64,000 bases of DNA from Nageia nagi. Lineage: Eukaryota > Plantae > Pinophyta. Location: contig JBITNC010000001.1 in the NCBI GenBank assembly GCA_050084985.1, positions 95,728,001-95,792,000 of the forward strand, in the 5' to 3' direction. Within the stretch, counting starts at the first letter, position 1. Every line of letters starts with the position of its first letter. The position numbers and the translations under genes were made by a program. Under the pieces are notes generated by a model. It was given only the letters and a program-made list of their open reading frames with translations. It was not told where the DNA came from and searched no databases. Of the stretch, positions 41,137-53,900 are shown one piece after another.

Positions 41137-42260
41137 TCATCCATACCTCTCGGTCCTCCTTTCAGACCGCTCATGCCTCCTCCTTCTCTCCTCGTGATGT
41201 CGACTGCCACTATGACCTCGCCTCTGACTGCTTTCACTTGAATCTCCATCTCGTTCTCCCATATCTTGTTTTCCCTTAGGATGCTGACTGTCACTATGAT
41301 CTGTACTCTGACTGCTTTCACTCGAACCTCCATCTCCCTTTGCCCTATCCTTCTCTAGCTCAGACCCCTTATAATCACTTAACTTTTCTGCTACCTGAAT
41401 GGCTTCGACAAGTGTACCGATCTGCTGCCTGTTGAGCTCAACTTTGGCCCAAGGTTGAAGGCCCTTCATAAAGCAATGCAGCTTAACAGGTTCTGAAATG
41501 CCAAAGGCTACCAATGCACATGTTTGAAATGATCTGATGTACTCATTTATGGTACCAGTGTGTTGTAAGTTGTCCAACTTCTCCAAAACCTTCCTTTCTG
41601 CATTTGTTGGCTTGAACTGATCTCTCAATAGTTGCTGGAACTCCACCCAAGTCATGCAAGTCTCTTGTTTACCCAATACTGACTGAGTTCTCCACCACAG
41701 CTTAGCTCCTCCATCCAACAAACCCACTGCAATACTAATCTTTTTCTCATCCCCCACACGTGGGAGCTGCCCAAAGTAATGCTCGAGGTCCCAAATCCAT
41801 GTTTCCAACACGGTAGCATCTCTTTCTCCACTGTATGAAGTTGGCATTTTCACCTTTATCCGAGCCTCCACCCTATCCTGGCCTGCTGAGCCAGCTGCAA
41901 GCTGTGTCAAGAGGGTCATCTTTTCATTCATCTCATGAATGATTCACTTATACTCACCCACTTGAGTCTCTAGGTCAAAACACGATTGCCCAGATCTATG
42001 GTCTCGCTCTGCATGACCTCATGCTCCTCAGTACTGGCAGCATTTTCTGCCTGGAGCTGCACGATCAAGTCACCATCCGACACCCTCTCACCACGGGGTT
42101 TCTTTTTATTCTGAGCCTGTAGTTCCTTGAACTGTTCCAAATACTTATCCACCGTTATCTGACGTATGGCCCGATAAGGAGTTTCCTCCTCTTCATTTCG
42201 AGCATTCGGTTCCTGCGGTACTGTTCCCTGAGGCATCTCTTCCACCTCTATTTCTTCCAC
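41137..42260 (-). pseudogene. gag: Gag (retrotransposon capsid) of the gag-only element, split by a frameshift and a stop near 41940-41970
   Basis: KVKMPTSYSGERDATVLETWIWDLEHYF...LLDGGAKLWWR...TWVEFQQLLRDQF...LQHTGTINEYIRSF...FMKGLQPWAKVEL. The 96-aa and 264-aa ORFs join through a 1-nt shift and a TGA. Confidence 0.88.
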
Positions 42261-42636
42261 TGGCTACGCAGACATCTTGAACAGCCCGACACGATCACTA
42301 ACTCAATCTGACACAGGTACACACACACGGACACACTTTACCAACTTTCACACTTCAAACCTACAACACGAGATATGTAGGTTAGAATACCACACAAGGC
42401 ACCACGAATTGCTAAGGCAAACAAGGTTGTGCATGAACAGTAACAGACACACAGCACGAAGCATGCACAAGCACATGGTAACAACACATCACATTCTCCC
42501 ACCCGACCCGACTTTCTATAGTTTTTCACAGACCGACAGGACACAACAAGGAACCATGTTTTGCCTTTCACATAGCAATTCTATTATGTTGTCGACATGG
42601 CATACGGGATCCCACTCCTTCCACAAGGAGTTTCTT

Positions 42637-42738
42637 GGTGCTGCCTCCTTCGGCGCATCGGCACCTTGGTAAGGTGCTGCCTCCTTCGGTGCATCGGCAC
42701 CCTTGGTAAGGTACTGCCTCCTTCGGCGCATCGGCACC
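42637..42738. repeat. three 36-37-bp GC-rich tandem repeats in the leader of the gag-only element
   Basis: GGTGCTGCCTCCTTCGGCGCATCGGCACC(C)TTGGTAA x3. Confidence 0.9.
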
Positions 42739-44982
42739 CCTGCACATGTAGCAATTAAGCATGCGTGCATACCCACATGCCTTAGTCAACCAAGGTTCAG
42801 GTGAGTAACCAAGTCCCCGTGACACCGTGCTTCACATGGGTCGAATCGGCACGATGCCCACGGTACATGGCACCTTCCTTGCCTGAACCCCTCAAGGCTC
42901 TGATACCACATGTAACGCTACCAGACACGCCACCCCTTAAAGCGTGGCTTGCCAATGGTAACGCTCAGCATCGACATAGTTGACACGGTCCGAAGGCCTG
43001 GGTACCAGACTTATGGGAATCACCCCCGCCAGACGTATCCTCTCATGGCCCGTCCCGCACGGCTAGTCGGCTCCACCGTCTCCGTCAACTCCGTAGTTGC
43101 ATACTGCTCGAGGCCTCGTGCCTCTAGAGCTGATCCGGCCCCTTGGAGCACCGGATTGTCATAGTTACCAGAGTGCCTGGTGCTCACCGCCCAACCAACA
43201 ACCTTCAAACGGGAATCACCCCTTAGGTCCCCCTGAGCTTTATTCACCCATCCAAGCCGCCCAGTCCAACCATAGGAACGGACTCACATCCATGTCCGCC
43301 ATGATTCCTAAAGCACGGTCGTCGGGTCCGGAATGTATCCTCACGGTCTAAGAGGTTGCACTCTTGGATCCGCTCACACCCCGGGAGAGGCGGCCCTCTC
43401 ATAGCTACTAAACCCATAAAATTTGGGCTTATTATTCTGTTAGTAGTAAATATCAATATTGTATGATAATGAAGAACAATAGGTATCCTTTCAACTACAT
43501 GTGCATCGAGATGCTCCTACCTTTAGTTTCTTGCATCAAAATACATTCTATGATATTTCTCACTAAATTTTGAGAGTATTCTACTCCCAAATCTAGCCAT
43601 GGTTTTTTTCTTACCGTAAACAACTTGTTTGATTTTTTATTTTACCCTAACCTCTTCTTCACTTGGGTATCCAATATATTTTTTATCCTAGATAATATTT
43701 GTTTGATAGGCTTCAAGTTACCTAAATGTTATTCTTGTGAAATTGTATTTCTTTTACTACAATTTCTTTTAAATCTTATTGGAGATCTGACTCCATATCT
43801 TGATATGCCACTATTCATCCTATATTCAAATAGTTCTTTCTTAATTTTTCATTTATCCAAGCTTCATTTTCAAGATGGCCATTTTGTTTTATTTTCTCTA
43901 CATTATCCATTTGTTGTTCAATAATTCCATATCTAGTATTAAGTTCCCTTTTTATATCCTCACCTATGATTACCACTAGATTCTCCTTGTGTAAACCGAT
44001 CTATATTCCATATAGTTATTGATTCCTTTGATAAAACTATTTTGGATATTTCCCTCCTCCAATTTTATTGGCTTCTAATTCATCATTTGTTACTTGAGTC
44101 TTTATTATTTAAGAATTATATTTGCTACAATTTTCCTTGTTGGGCAAGATCATAAGTTATGACTATTATGTCTATAAGTCATACATAAGTAATTATTATT
44201 TTTATAAAGTAGTTCCTAGATCCATTCTCCTAATTCTAATTCTAGCATTATTATCTTTGGGAGTTTTACTCCAAATTTTATCATGACTCAAAACTTTGTA
44301 CTTACCATTCGAGTTCGAGCTTTTGTGACCTCCTCTATCTACATAAATATTTTGAATGATCATGTGATACCCTCAAATACCTTTTGGTGAAAAATTTGAA
44401 TGTAATATGTGATAGGGTAATCCAAAATGAAGCTAGCAAAATTTGAGGTTTAAGTTAATTGAGTCTTAGGTGCCATTTTTCTAGAAATAAACCTTTCTTA
44501 GAAAAATATTAAGGCAAGCTTAAAATAAAGTCCCTTCCTTTGCATTAACAAAATTGAACATGATGTAATAATTAGTTATGATAATGATATGCAAAATTCC
44601 TCTAATATGTCACCTTAATTATACCCATTTATGGATTATATCAATATTTGACCCATCTCCATGGAGTTTTACAATCAAACTAAAATTCCCCATTTTTTAT
44701 CGATTGACAAGCCCTCCTTAATCAAGAGGAATTAAATCAAGGTAATATTTGTTTAATAATGGTATTATCTTCTTTTTTATGTTGAACCCATATTTTGATA
44801 TCTTCTCCTTTAATATTCAATTCTTATGGTATTCAATACATGATATTCCTCACAACTTATCTACATGCATGCCTAAAAGATATCATTTGTGCATACATGT
44901 ATTATCATATAAAAATGTAACATAAAATAGAAAAGAAAATATGTAATAATATATGTAATCTAAAAATAAAATATGCATTAAT

Positions 44983-47900
44983 TGATATGTAATCATCAGA
45001 TGCTTATGGCATACTCGGATCCTCACTTACAGATTCGAAATGAAAACTTCATAAAATATTATGTTAACCATCAAATACATATGCAAATTGAAATCAATGT
45101 AATACTATAGAATAACCAACAAATAAAAATTTGAATTATATGCATAATATCTTAACGTAATGATTTATACAATGTGGGCTAATCCAGAATGGAAAGGGAG
45201 CACTTCTTATAATCTATAGAGCATTACAATATGTACATTTATATGGAGAAAAACTATCAATCTAATAACAATACATCCCCCTACATACTTCTACAACACT
45301 CCTATAATAGAATACTACTACATAGAATAACAATCTACAAGATGACTCTTGGAATCCCTTGTAAATCTTCTTCAAAATCCTTTCAACCTCACAACAATGG
45401 AAAGAAAGGTCCAAAATAGTCTTGAATATGCCAAAAATTGATGATTATGTTTTTAGAATAGTCTAACTATCCAAATAACCATGTCCCTTCAACTTCCCTT
45501 GAAAATTGATCCAAACCTATGGAATGGACACCCTAAATATAAAATCAACATGATGGTAAGATCAGGTTATTGGATTTTAGGAATAAGTTGATCTCCAAGC
45601 TCAAAAACCTCTAGTACAATCCTTGCTCCTAAAAAGATAAACTTCTAGATCCTTTTTGGATCACACCTTCCTAATAGGGAAGCATTTTGTCCCATAAATG
45701 CTCATTTTTATGAGAATACAAGGATACAACTCCTCAACTTTGGATTTCTCCATCCACTTGGCTCTATTAGGAATATTTCCTTTCAATTCAACCAATTATA
45801 TCTCAATCTCAAATTTCCTTGTAGTATGAACCTTCTTTTGTAATATGGAGTCCTCCTTGATTTCATCCATAGTATGAGAAGCTAATTCATCAAGAGATGG
45901 AAAAATCTAATTTGAACCTACTTCATATTTAGTCAACATGGATTGCTCATATAACTTTAAGTTCTTCACATTCACAACTAAATAGATATTCACATTATAT
46001 AGGTAGATTCAATCTAAATGCATTATCACTCACTTTCTCCACAATATCAAATGATTAATATCATATAGGTTTCAACTTCTTGGTTGATCCTTGCAACCTC
46101 TCATTATTGAGATATAACCAAACATGATATCCAACATGAAACTTGTGGTCAATAAGCCCCATGCTTTTCATGCCTCAACTTGTATTTAGCTTGTCTTGCC
46201 TTGAGTTGCTCTTAGAATTTCAAATTAATTTACCTAATCTTTGCAATAAATGTTTCATCTTGATTTTCTTCCTTCACAACTAAATTTCCTTCATCCTTTT
46301 ATTATCCAAACATATAATCAAAAGGTGAGGGTAGTAAATAACCAAAATAGGTCTCAAATAAAGTTTTATTAATGGAGGAATGGATTTCCCTATTTTATGA
46401 GTGTTGAATATACTCAAGATTCTCATATCAATACTTAGGATACTTGCTACAATAACCTCTAAAGAGTTGAACTACTATCCTATTCACCACTTTAGTTTGT
46501 ACATCCATTTGAGGATAAAAATTAGCATTATATTAAGCCTTGTGTCCATCTTCTCCTAGAAACAAGTCCAAAATGTGCCCAAAAATATACTATCCCTATA
46601 AAAAACAATAGAAGTAAGTAATCCAAAATGAACCCAAACATGAGAAAAGAATAATTTTGTAGTTGCTTATCCTGTAATAGTCTTCTTACACAAGATTAAT
46701 ATACACATCTTGCTAAACCTTTCCACCATAAAAAATAAAGAATCATGCCCTTTCTTGGACATAGGAAAACCTCCTACAAAATCCATTGAGATACACTCCC
46801 AAGGATGATTTGGCACTGGAAAGGGTTGGTACAAATAAAATTTTCTATTACTAGGCTTTCTTATGTAACATAAAGAATACCCTCTAATGTACTTGGCAAT
46901 TTTCTCTTGCATTTTGGACCAATACATATACTTTTGCAAATTTTAAAATTTCATTCTAACCCTAAAATTACCAACTATCTTGTATGTATAAGCTTCTTTG
47001 ATCATTCCAACTATCTCCTCTTTAAGAAAAGATAATGCATTAAAATGATAAAGAAGTTCATCTTGCAAATAATAATCATCCACACCTTAATAATTTGGTC
47101 TAGATGAAGAAGCCAATCTTTTATACACCTATTTAAAATCAATATCATGCATATATACTTCTAAATATGCCTCAAAGTAAAAAGGAAAATAATCCATGAC
47201 TATCAAGAAATCCTTATTCACCTTTGTACATGATGTAGGGGCTCTGGAATCAAAACAATATGACACAAGCATTGTGATTGTTGTAGAAATGGGTGGTCTA
47301 GAAATCATATTTACAATCTTATTATGGTTTCCCTTCTTATAATTGATAATTAGGTGAAACTATTATAGAAAAATCATCCATCTAAAATGTCTAGTTTGTT
47401 ACAACTTTGATTAAGTTTGTAAATACTTTAATTATTGATGATCAATATGTATAATCATCTCCTTACCCATAAAGTAATATTTCCACTTCTTTACTACCTA
47501 AACCAATGCATACAACTCCTTTTCATATGTAGGGTAATTCAAAATTACTTTGCTAAACTTCTCAAAATGGTAGCAAATTACTTTTCCTCCTTGTAGTAAA
47601 AATGCCCCCATGGCATACTTGCTTGGATTAGTCTCAGTTTCAAAAGGCTTTTACAAATTATGGAGTGCCAACACAAGTGCATTAACAATATTTTATTTAA
47701 AAGCATCTAAATATGATTGTTTTTTCTTTCCCCATTGAAAAACTTACTTCTTACAAGTAACATCATATAAAGGTGAAGCAATATGGTAGAAATCAACAAT
47801 GAATTTTCTCAAATATTGAATGAAACCTAAAATACCCTTACTTCATTCATATTATATGGTCTAGGCCAATATATTATAGCTCTAACCTTATCGAGATCAA

Positions 47901-50900
47901 TTTTAAGTTATCCATAACCAATAACATGGCCTAAAAACACCAAATATTGCTTACCAAACTCACATTTCTTTATCTTCAATAGAAACTTCTTCTTTTGCAA
48001 ATTTTGGAGCACTTGTGTAAGATGTACTAAATGTTCTTCCCAAGTAGAACTATATAAAAGAATATCATCCAAATAAACAATAACAAAATAATTAATAAAT
48101 GGATGAAGAACTTCATTCATTACCCTCATAAACATGGCTAGTGCATTGCACAAATCAAATGAAAATAATACACTCAAATAGGAATTATCATGAATTGAAG
48201 GTGGTATTCCAAATGCCCTACTCCTTAATCCTAACTTGGTGATATCCACTTCTTAGTTCTAGCTTAGTGAAGAAACTTAGCCCTTGTAACTAATCTAAAA
48301 GATCATTTATTCGAGGCAATGGATAACAATTATAGATGATGATTTTATGAAGTGCTCTATAATCAATACACATCCTCCAAGTTATATCTTTATTAGGAAA
48401 TAAGACCATAGGTGATCCACATGGATATGTACTAGGTATAATAAAATCTTGATCAACTAAATCCTTTATTTTCCTCTTAATCTCTTCTTGCTCCAAAACT
48501 GATTTCCCCTACAATCCTATGTTTGGAAAAGATGCATTAAGTAATAGTTGAATCTAATTTTGTGTCTCCCTCACAAGAGGTAGTCCCTTCAACATTGAAA
48601 GCAACTCAACAAACTCATAAATAAGTTTCTACATCTCATCCTCTCTGCTATACGATGCTGATACTTTGGATTCATAACTACACAACATGATGTCATGATC
48701 TTTATAGATTCAAATTTTTTGCCCTAATCATGAGTAGGATAAACTTTTTACTTGTATTAATTAGTCATTTAACCTAATTGATAGTGACTAAAGGTAATTT
48801 ATTTCTTTTATGAGCACTAACAAGATAATACATCCCATCCTTAACCAATTTTTACTTATTCAATCTTCTATAATAAAGAGCATTTTCATCCCAAAAATAG
48901 GGATTATCAAGAATAACACCACATATATCTAATGGAATAACATCAACCACAACTTCATCAATATACTTTGCACAAATAAAGTTTTTTAACTTACATTACT
49001 TAGTGACTTGCAACTTAGCATCATTATGCAACCAACCCAAGGGATATGGATGTGAATGATCATAGGTATTCAATATCAGACTATTCACCATAGATTCAGA
49101 AATCAAATGTTGGAAATAAAATATCTCCTTGAAGTTTGAGTTATTTTTTATCCCATCACCAATACCGCTTATATACCTATTCCAAAACCAATGCCTATGT
49201 TAGCATCCCCTCTCATGCTAGTGTCAACGCTATCATTTTTGTTATTTCATGTGTGACATTTCATTTCTTATTTTTTGATAAGTATTAGGGGTTAGACTTT
49301 TAATTTTTCATATTTTACACTATTCCTTAACTTCAAATTTGAATGTATATGATCACTTTAGCATTGCATCACTCATAATCAACACTTAAGGAGAATATTT
49401 TTCCAAGAATTTTTAGTTGCAAGAAAACCCAATAAGCTTGGAATGCTTTAAAGGAAGGATTTTAGGGTAGTGATCAAGTAAAATAGGTAAAATTGCATAA
49501 CTTGAGAAAGTAGTTTGAAAATTTATTGATGCAAGAAAATGAAGTTATGGGTGATTATTGTGTAAGAGTTAAAATAATAGTGAATACGATGGCCACACTT
49601 GGAGAAAAGTTGGAAAATGAACTTGTGATTAAGAAACTTTTGAGGATACTTACTCCCAAATGGGATAATATTATAGTCATAATTGAAGAGACCAAGAATA
49701 TATCAATATTAAAATTTTATTGATTGATTGGATCCATTATTTCACATGAGGAGAGGCTTGAGAAACCATAAGTTAGATGAGTTGTAGAAAATAAGGTATT
49801 CTTTACAAAGGAGAATGAAGCAAGTGGTAGTAAAGGCCAAGTGGCCAATATTACTCAAGAGGAAGAGGTAGAGGTGGTAAAAGAGATTCTATTAGGAGAT
49901 GTAGAGGGAGAGAAAATTTCAATAACAATGAAGATTATTCAGCTCCAAGAGTTGGAGGATATTGAAGAGGTAGAGGAATAAATTCTTTTGAAGATATAAG
50001 AAGTATGCAATGTTGTTATTGTAACAAATTTTTCCATCTTGTAAGAGATTGTAGGCTGAAATAAGCACAAAATGATGGGAAAGAAGTAAATTATGATAAA
50101 TAAGATAATTATAAAGATTAGGTTTTATTCTTAGCATACAACATCATTGCACAAAATGATGAAGAAACATGGTTGTTTGAAATAGGCTGCACAAATCATA
50201 TGACTGATAATAATAAATATTATCATATGTACATCATTCCTATAAATCAAGCATAAATATTAGGGATGAATCTACATTAGAGATGGTAGCTACAAAGGAG
50301 GATATGGTGATTCAAATAAAGGATAGAAACAAGAAGGTAAAAGATATTTATTTTGCTCTTAAATTGGAACATACTTATTAAGTATAGCACAATGATGGAG
50401 AGAAATTTCAAGTTGATTTTTGAAGATAAAGCATGTATGATTTATGATAAAAAAAATGCAAATAGGCTGGTCACAATAGTTAAAATGTAAAAGAACAAAT
50501 TATTTCCATTGAAGGTTTTTGTTGGAGAAGAGGAAAAAGAAGCTCATGTGGTTGTGGATACTAAAGAACATATTTGGGATCTTAGATTTGGGCATCTAAA
50601 TTTTACAAGTTTTAATATATTATCATTTCTTGTGTGTGGATTTCCTAAGGTTGAAGAACCCAAGGATGTATGTGAAGGGTATGTATTAGAGAAGCATGCA
50701 AGGAACTCATTTCCAAAAGGAGAAGCATGGAGGGCCTAATATCCCCTCTAATTAGTTCATTATGATATTTTTGGTTTGATGCAAACATTAAGTATTGGTA
50801 AAACTTCTTACTTTCTCACCTTCATTGATGATTACTCAAGAATGTGTTGGGTGTTTTTCATCAAACACAAAGATGAAGCCTTCAATTATTTTTAAAAATT

Positions 50901-53900
50901 CAAGAATTTTATGGATAATCAAAGTGGGAAAAGAATTAAATATTTGAGTACTAATAGAGAAGGTGAATTTTGTTATAATTTATTTATTTATTTTTATTTT
51001 TGTTAATAATGGGTCATAAAAAGATAAATGATGTTAGCCTACACACCTCAACAAAGTTGGGTTGCTAAAAGAAAAAATAGGACCTTGGTTGAGATGGCAA
51101 GGAGCATTTTGTAAAGTAAAAGATTAATAAATTCTTATTGGGATGAAGTAATAAGTATAATAGTATATATTCAAAATAGGTTTCCAACAATAAGTTTGGA
51201 GAATATGAAATAATATGAAGCTTGGTGTGGGAGAAAGGTAAATATGAATCATTTGAAGTGTTTAGGTGTGTAGCCTATGTGAAGATTGCTAATGAAAAGA
51301 GAAAGAAAATTGATGCAAAAAGTGATCCATGTGTGTTCATTGGTTATAGTAATAAATCCAACTCATACAAATTATACAACCCCAAAACTCATCAAATAAT
51401 TATCTCAAGAGATGCAACTTTTGATGAAGGGGGAGTTTGGGATAGCAAAAAGGTGCTTGTTGATGATGGCAGTCTTGAAGATAGCTCACCAAATGTGTAA
51501 ATTAGTTATCAACCTAAGAATATGAAAACTATAAAAAATATAGTCTAACCTTCTAAAATTGACAAAAATGCAATCTCACCAAGTATAAAAGTGCCCACAA
51601 GTTCATCCACAAGTCCCTCAAATAGCCCAATGTCCATTTCCCCAAATGCTAATAATGATTCAAGTGTTTTGTTTCATGTTAATAGGTGTAATAGAGGAAA
51701 ATGAGATTTTAAAGATTATCCACCATCACAAATGATAGATAGCAACTTCAACAAAAGGCTCACTAAGAGCCAAGCCCAAGAGATGAACTAAGTAGTGACA
51801 AGACTTGAAAATTTGAATTTGTTAGGAGATGAAGATGATGGAGAGACTAAGGGTGAAAGTGTGAACTTTGCATTTATAGCCACTTAAAAAGGAGTTGAAG
51901 ATTTTGAACCTTCACATTTTAAGCAATATTGTAAACACAAAGTTTGGGTGTAAGTTATGCAAGAGGAGATTAATGCAATCATAAACAATGATACATATGA
52001 GCTTTGTAATTTTCCAAAAAGAAAGAAATATGTAGGCTCTAAATGGATCTACAAGATAAAATATAATATTGATGAAAGTGTAGAAAGGTACAAAGCAAGA
52101 TTTATGGCCAAAGGTTTTACTCAAAAATATGGTATTGATTTTGAAGAAACATTTGCACCGGTTTCTAGGCAAGAGATTGTTAGATTGATGTTATCATTGG
52201 CAACTCATAAAAGATGAAAAGGCCATCATATGGATATAAAAAATGCTTTTCTCAATGTCTACTTGAATGTGGAGGTCTATGTGGAGAAACCATAAGGTTT
52301 AGTTAAAAAAGAAAAATAATATTAGGTCTATAAGTTGAAAAAGGTATTATATGGATTGAAGTAGGCCCCTAGAGCATGGTACACAAGAATTGATAGCTAT
52401 TTCCAAGGATGTGGAATTAATAGGAGCAAGAGTGAGCCCACACTTTACTATAAGAAATAATATATTGATATTTTACTTGTGTGTTTATATGTAGATAATC
52501 TCATATACATAGGCCACAATCCAAAATTGAATGATGAATTCAAAACTAAGATGATGCAAGAATTTGAAATGGAGGATATGGACTTGATACACTACTTCTT
52601 TGGAATGGAAGTACACCAAAATAGTGGGGAGATATTTATTTTCCAATTAAAATATATAAAATATATATTTAAAAGGTTTAGGATGGACATGTGTAATCCT
52701 TTTGATACACCAATTTCTCATGGTGAGCTTTTGTGCAAATAAGATATGGCTGAAAAGCAAATAAGATTGAGTTTAGGAGCATAGTAGGAAGTTTCATGTT
52801 TATCACTAATACTAGACCTGATATATAATATGTTATTTCATTAGTGGCTAGATTTATGAGTTATCCTTCCATTGTGCATTTGAAGGTAACAAAAATAATA
52901 TTAAGGTATGTTAGAGGTACTACAAATTTTGGTATTCATTACTCCATTCAAAGAAGTTAGAATTATTTGGGTATAGAGATAGTGATTTTGAGAGTAACAT
53001 TGATGATATAAAGTACACAAGTACAAATTACTTCTCACTTGATTAAGGCTTAATTGCATGGATTTATATAAATTTAAGTATAGTGGAATTATCATCAATA
53101 GAGGCTAAGTATATAGAACTTACTTTAGCAGGACTTTAAGCCTTATGGCTTCATAAATTCTTGGAGGAGATTGGTGATAGGAAATGTGGACTTACACTAC
53201 TTATTTATGATAACACAAGTTCCATTCAATTTGCAAAAAATCATGTACATAATGCTTGATAAAAATACATTGATATGAAGTACCAGTTTATTCGAGATAT
53301 GATGGAAAAGAAAGTGATTGAGCTTGGGTATGTTGGCACTAAATTTTGATTCATGGACATATTCAAAAAGGCATTAATAAGCTCAATTTTTGATGATAAT
53401 AAAGTTATTTTTGAGCCATATTATCACAAGAGGGTGTATTTTAGAAAGTCAAATCTCTCCTTGAAGTTCAAGTTATTCTATTATTCCAATGCTAACGCTT
53501 ATGTATCTATTCTAGCATTAGCACCTATGTTAACGTTTGCATCCATGCAAATGCCAATGCTATTAATTTTGTTTTTTCATTTGTAACATTTTATTTCCTA
53601 TTTTTTGAGAAGTTTTAGGAATTAGACTTTTGGTTTTTCATATTTTGCATTACTCCTAAATTTTGAATTCGAAAGTATATGTTCATTTTTTTGTCTGAAG
53701 TAAGTTTGGAATGTAATGAGATAAATTTTTTGGTTCAATATTGTATCTATGTATTGTATTTATGTGAATTAATAATTTATAATACATTACTATATTTGGT
53801 TCATCTTCTCCATTGTTGAATATTTCTTATTTTATTTTGGCTTAAATAATTCATCATCAAATTCCCTTAAGAACCTAGATCAAAGATGCAATCAACCCTT

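Larger units (their letters stand above)
40556..43403 (-). mobile_element. gag-only (TR-GAG-type) non-autonomous LTR retrotransposon, Galadriel-like chromovirus gag, 2848 bp
   Basis: LTRs 40556-41047 and 42911-43403 (492/493 bp; about 19 substitutions plus 1 indel by manual alignment). Perfect TSD GCTAC, tRNA-iMet PBS TGGTATCAGAGC at 42897-42908, PPT AAGTGGGGGAGAA next to 41047. No protease, RT or integrase. Confidence 0.95.

Noticed and set aside
40521-43456. Many overlapping 60-130-aa ORFs in and around the GC-rich LTRs
   Set aside because: These are expected by-products of high GC. They are duplicated only because the LTRs are, and show no protein motifs.
39760-44977. Older element hosting the gag-only insertion
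   Set aside because: The flanks look like decayed retroelement DNA, but no LTR pair, PBS or reliable protein motif could be identified.
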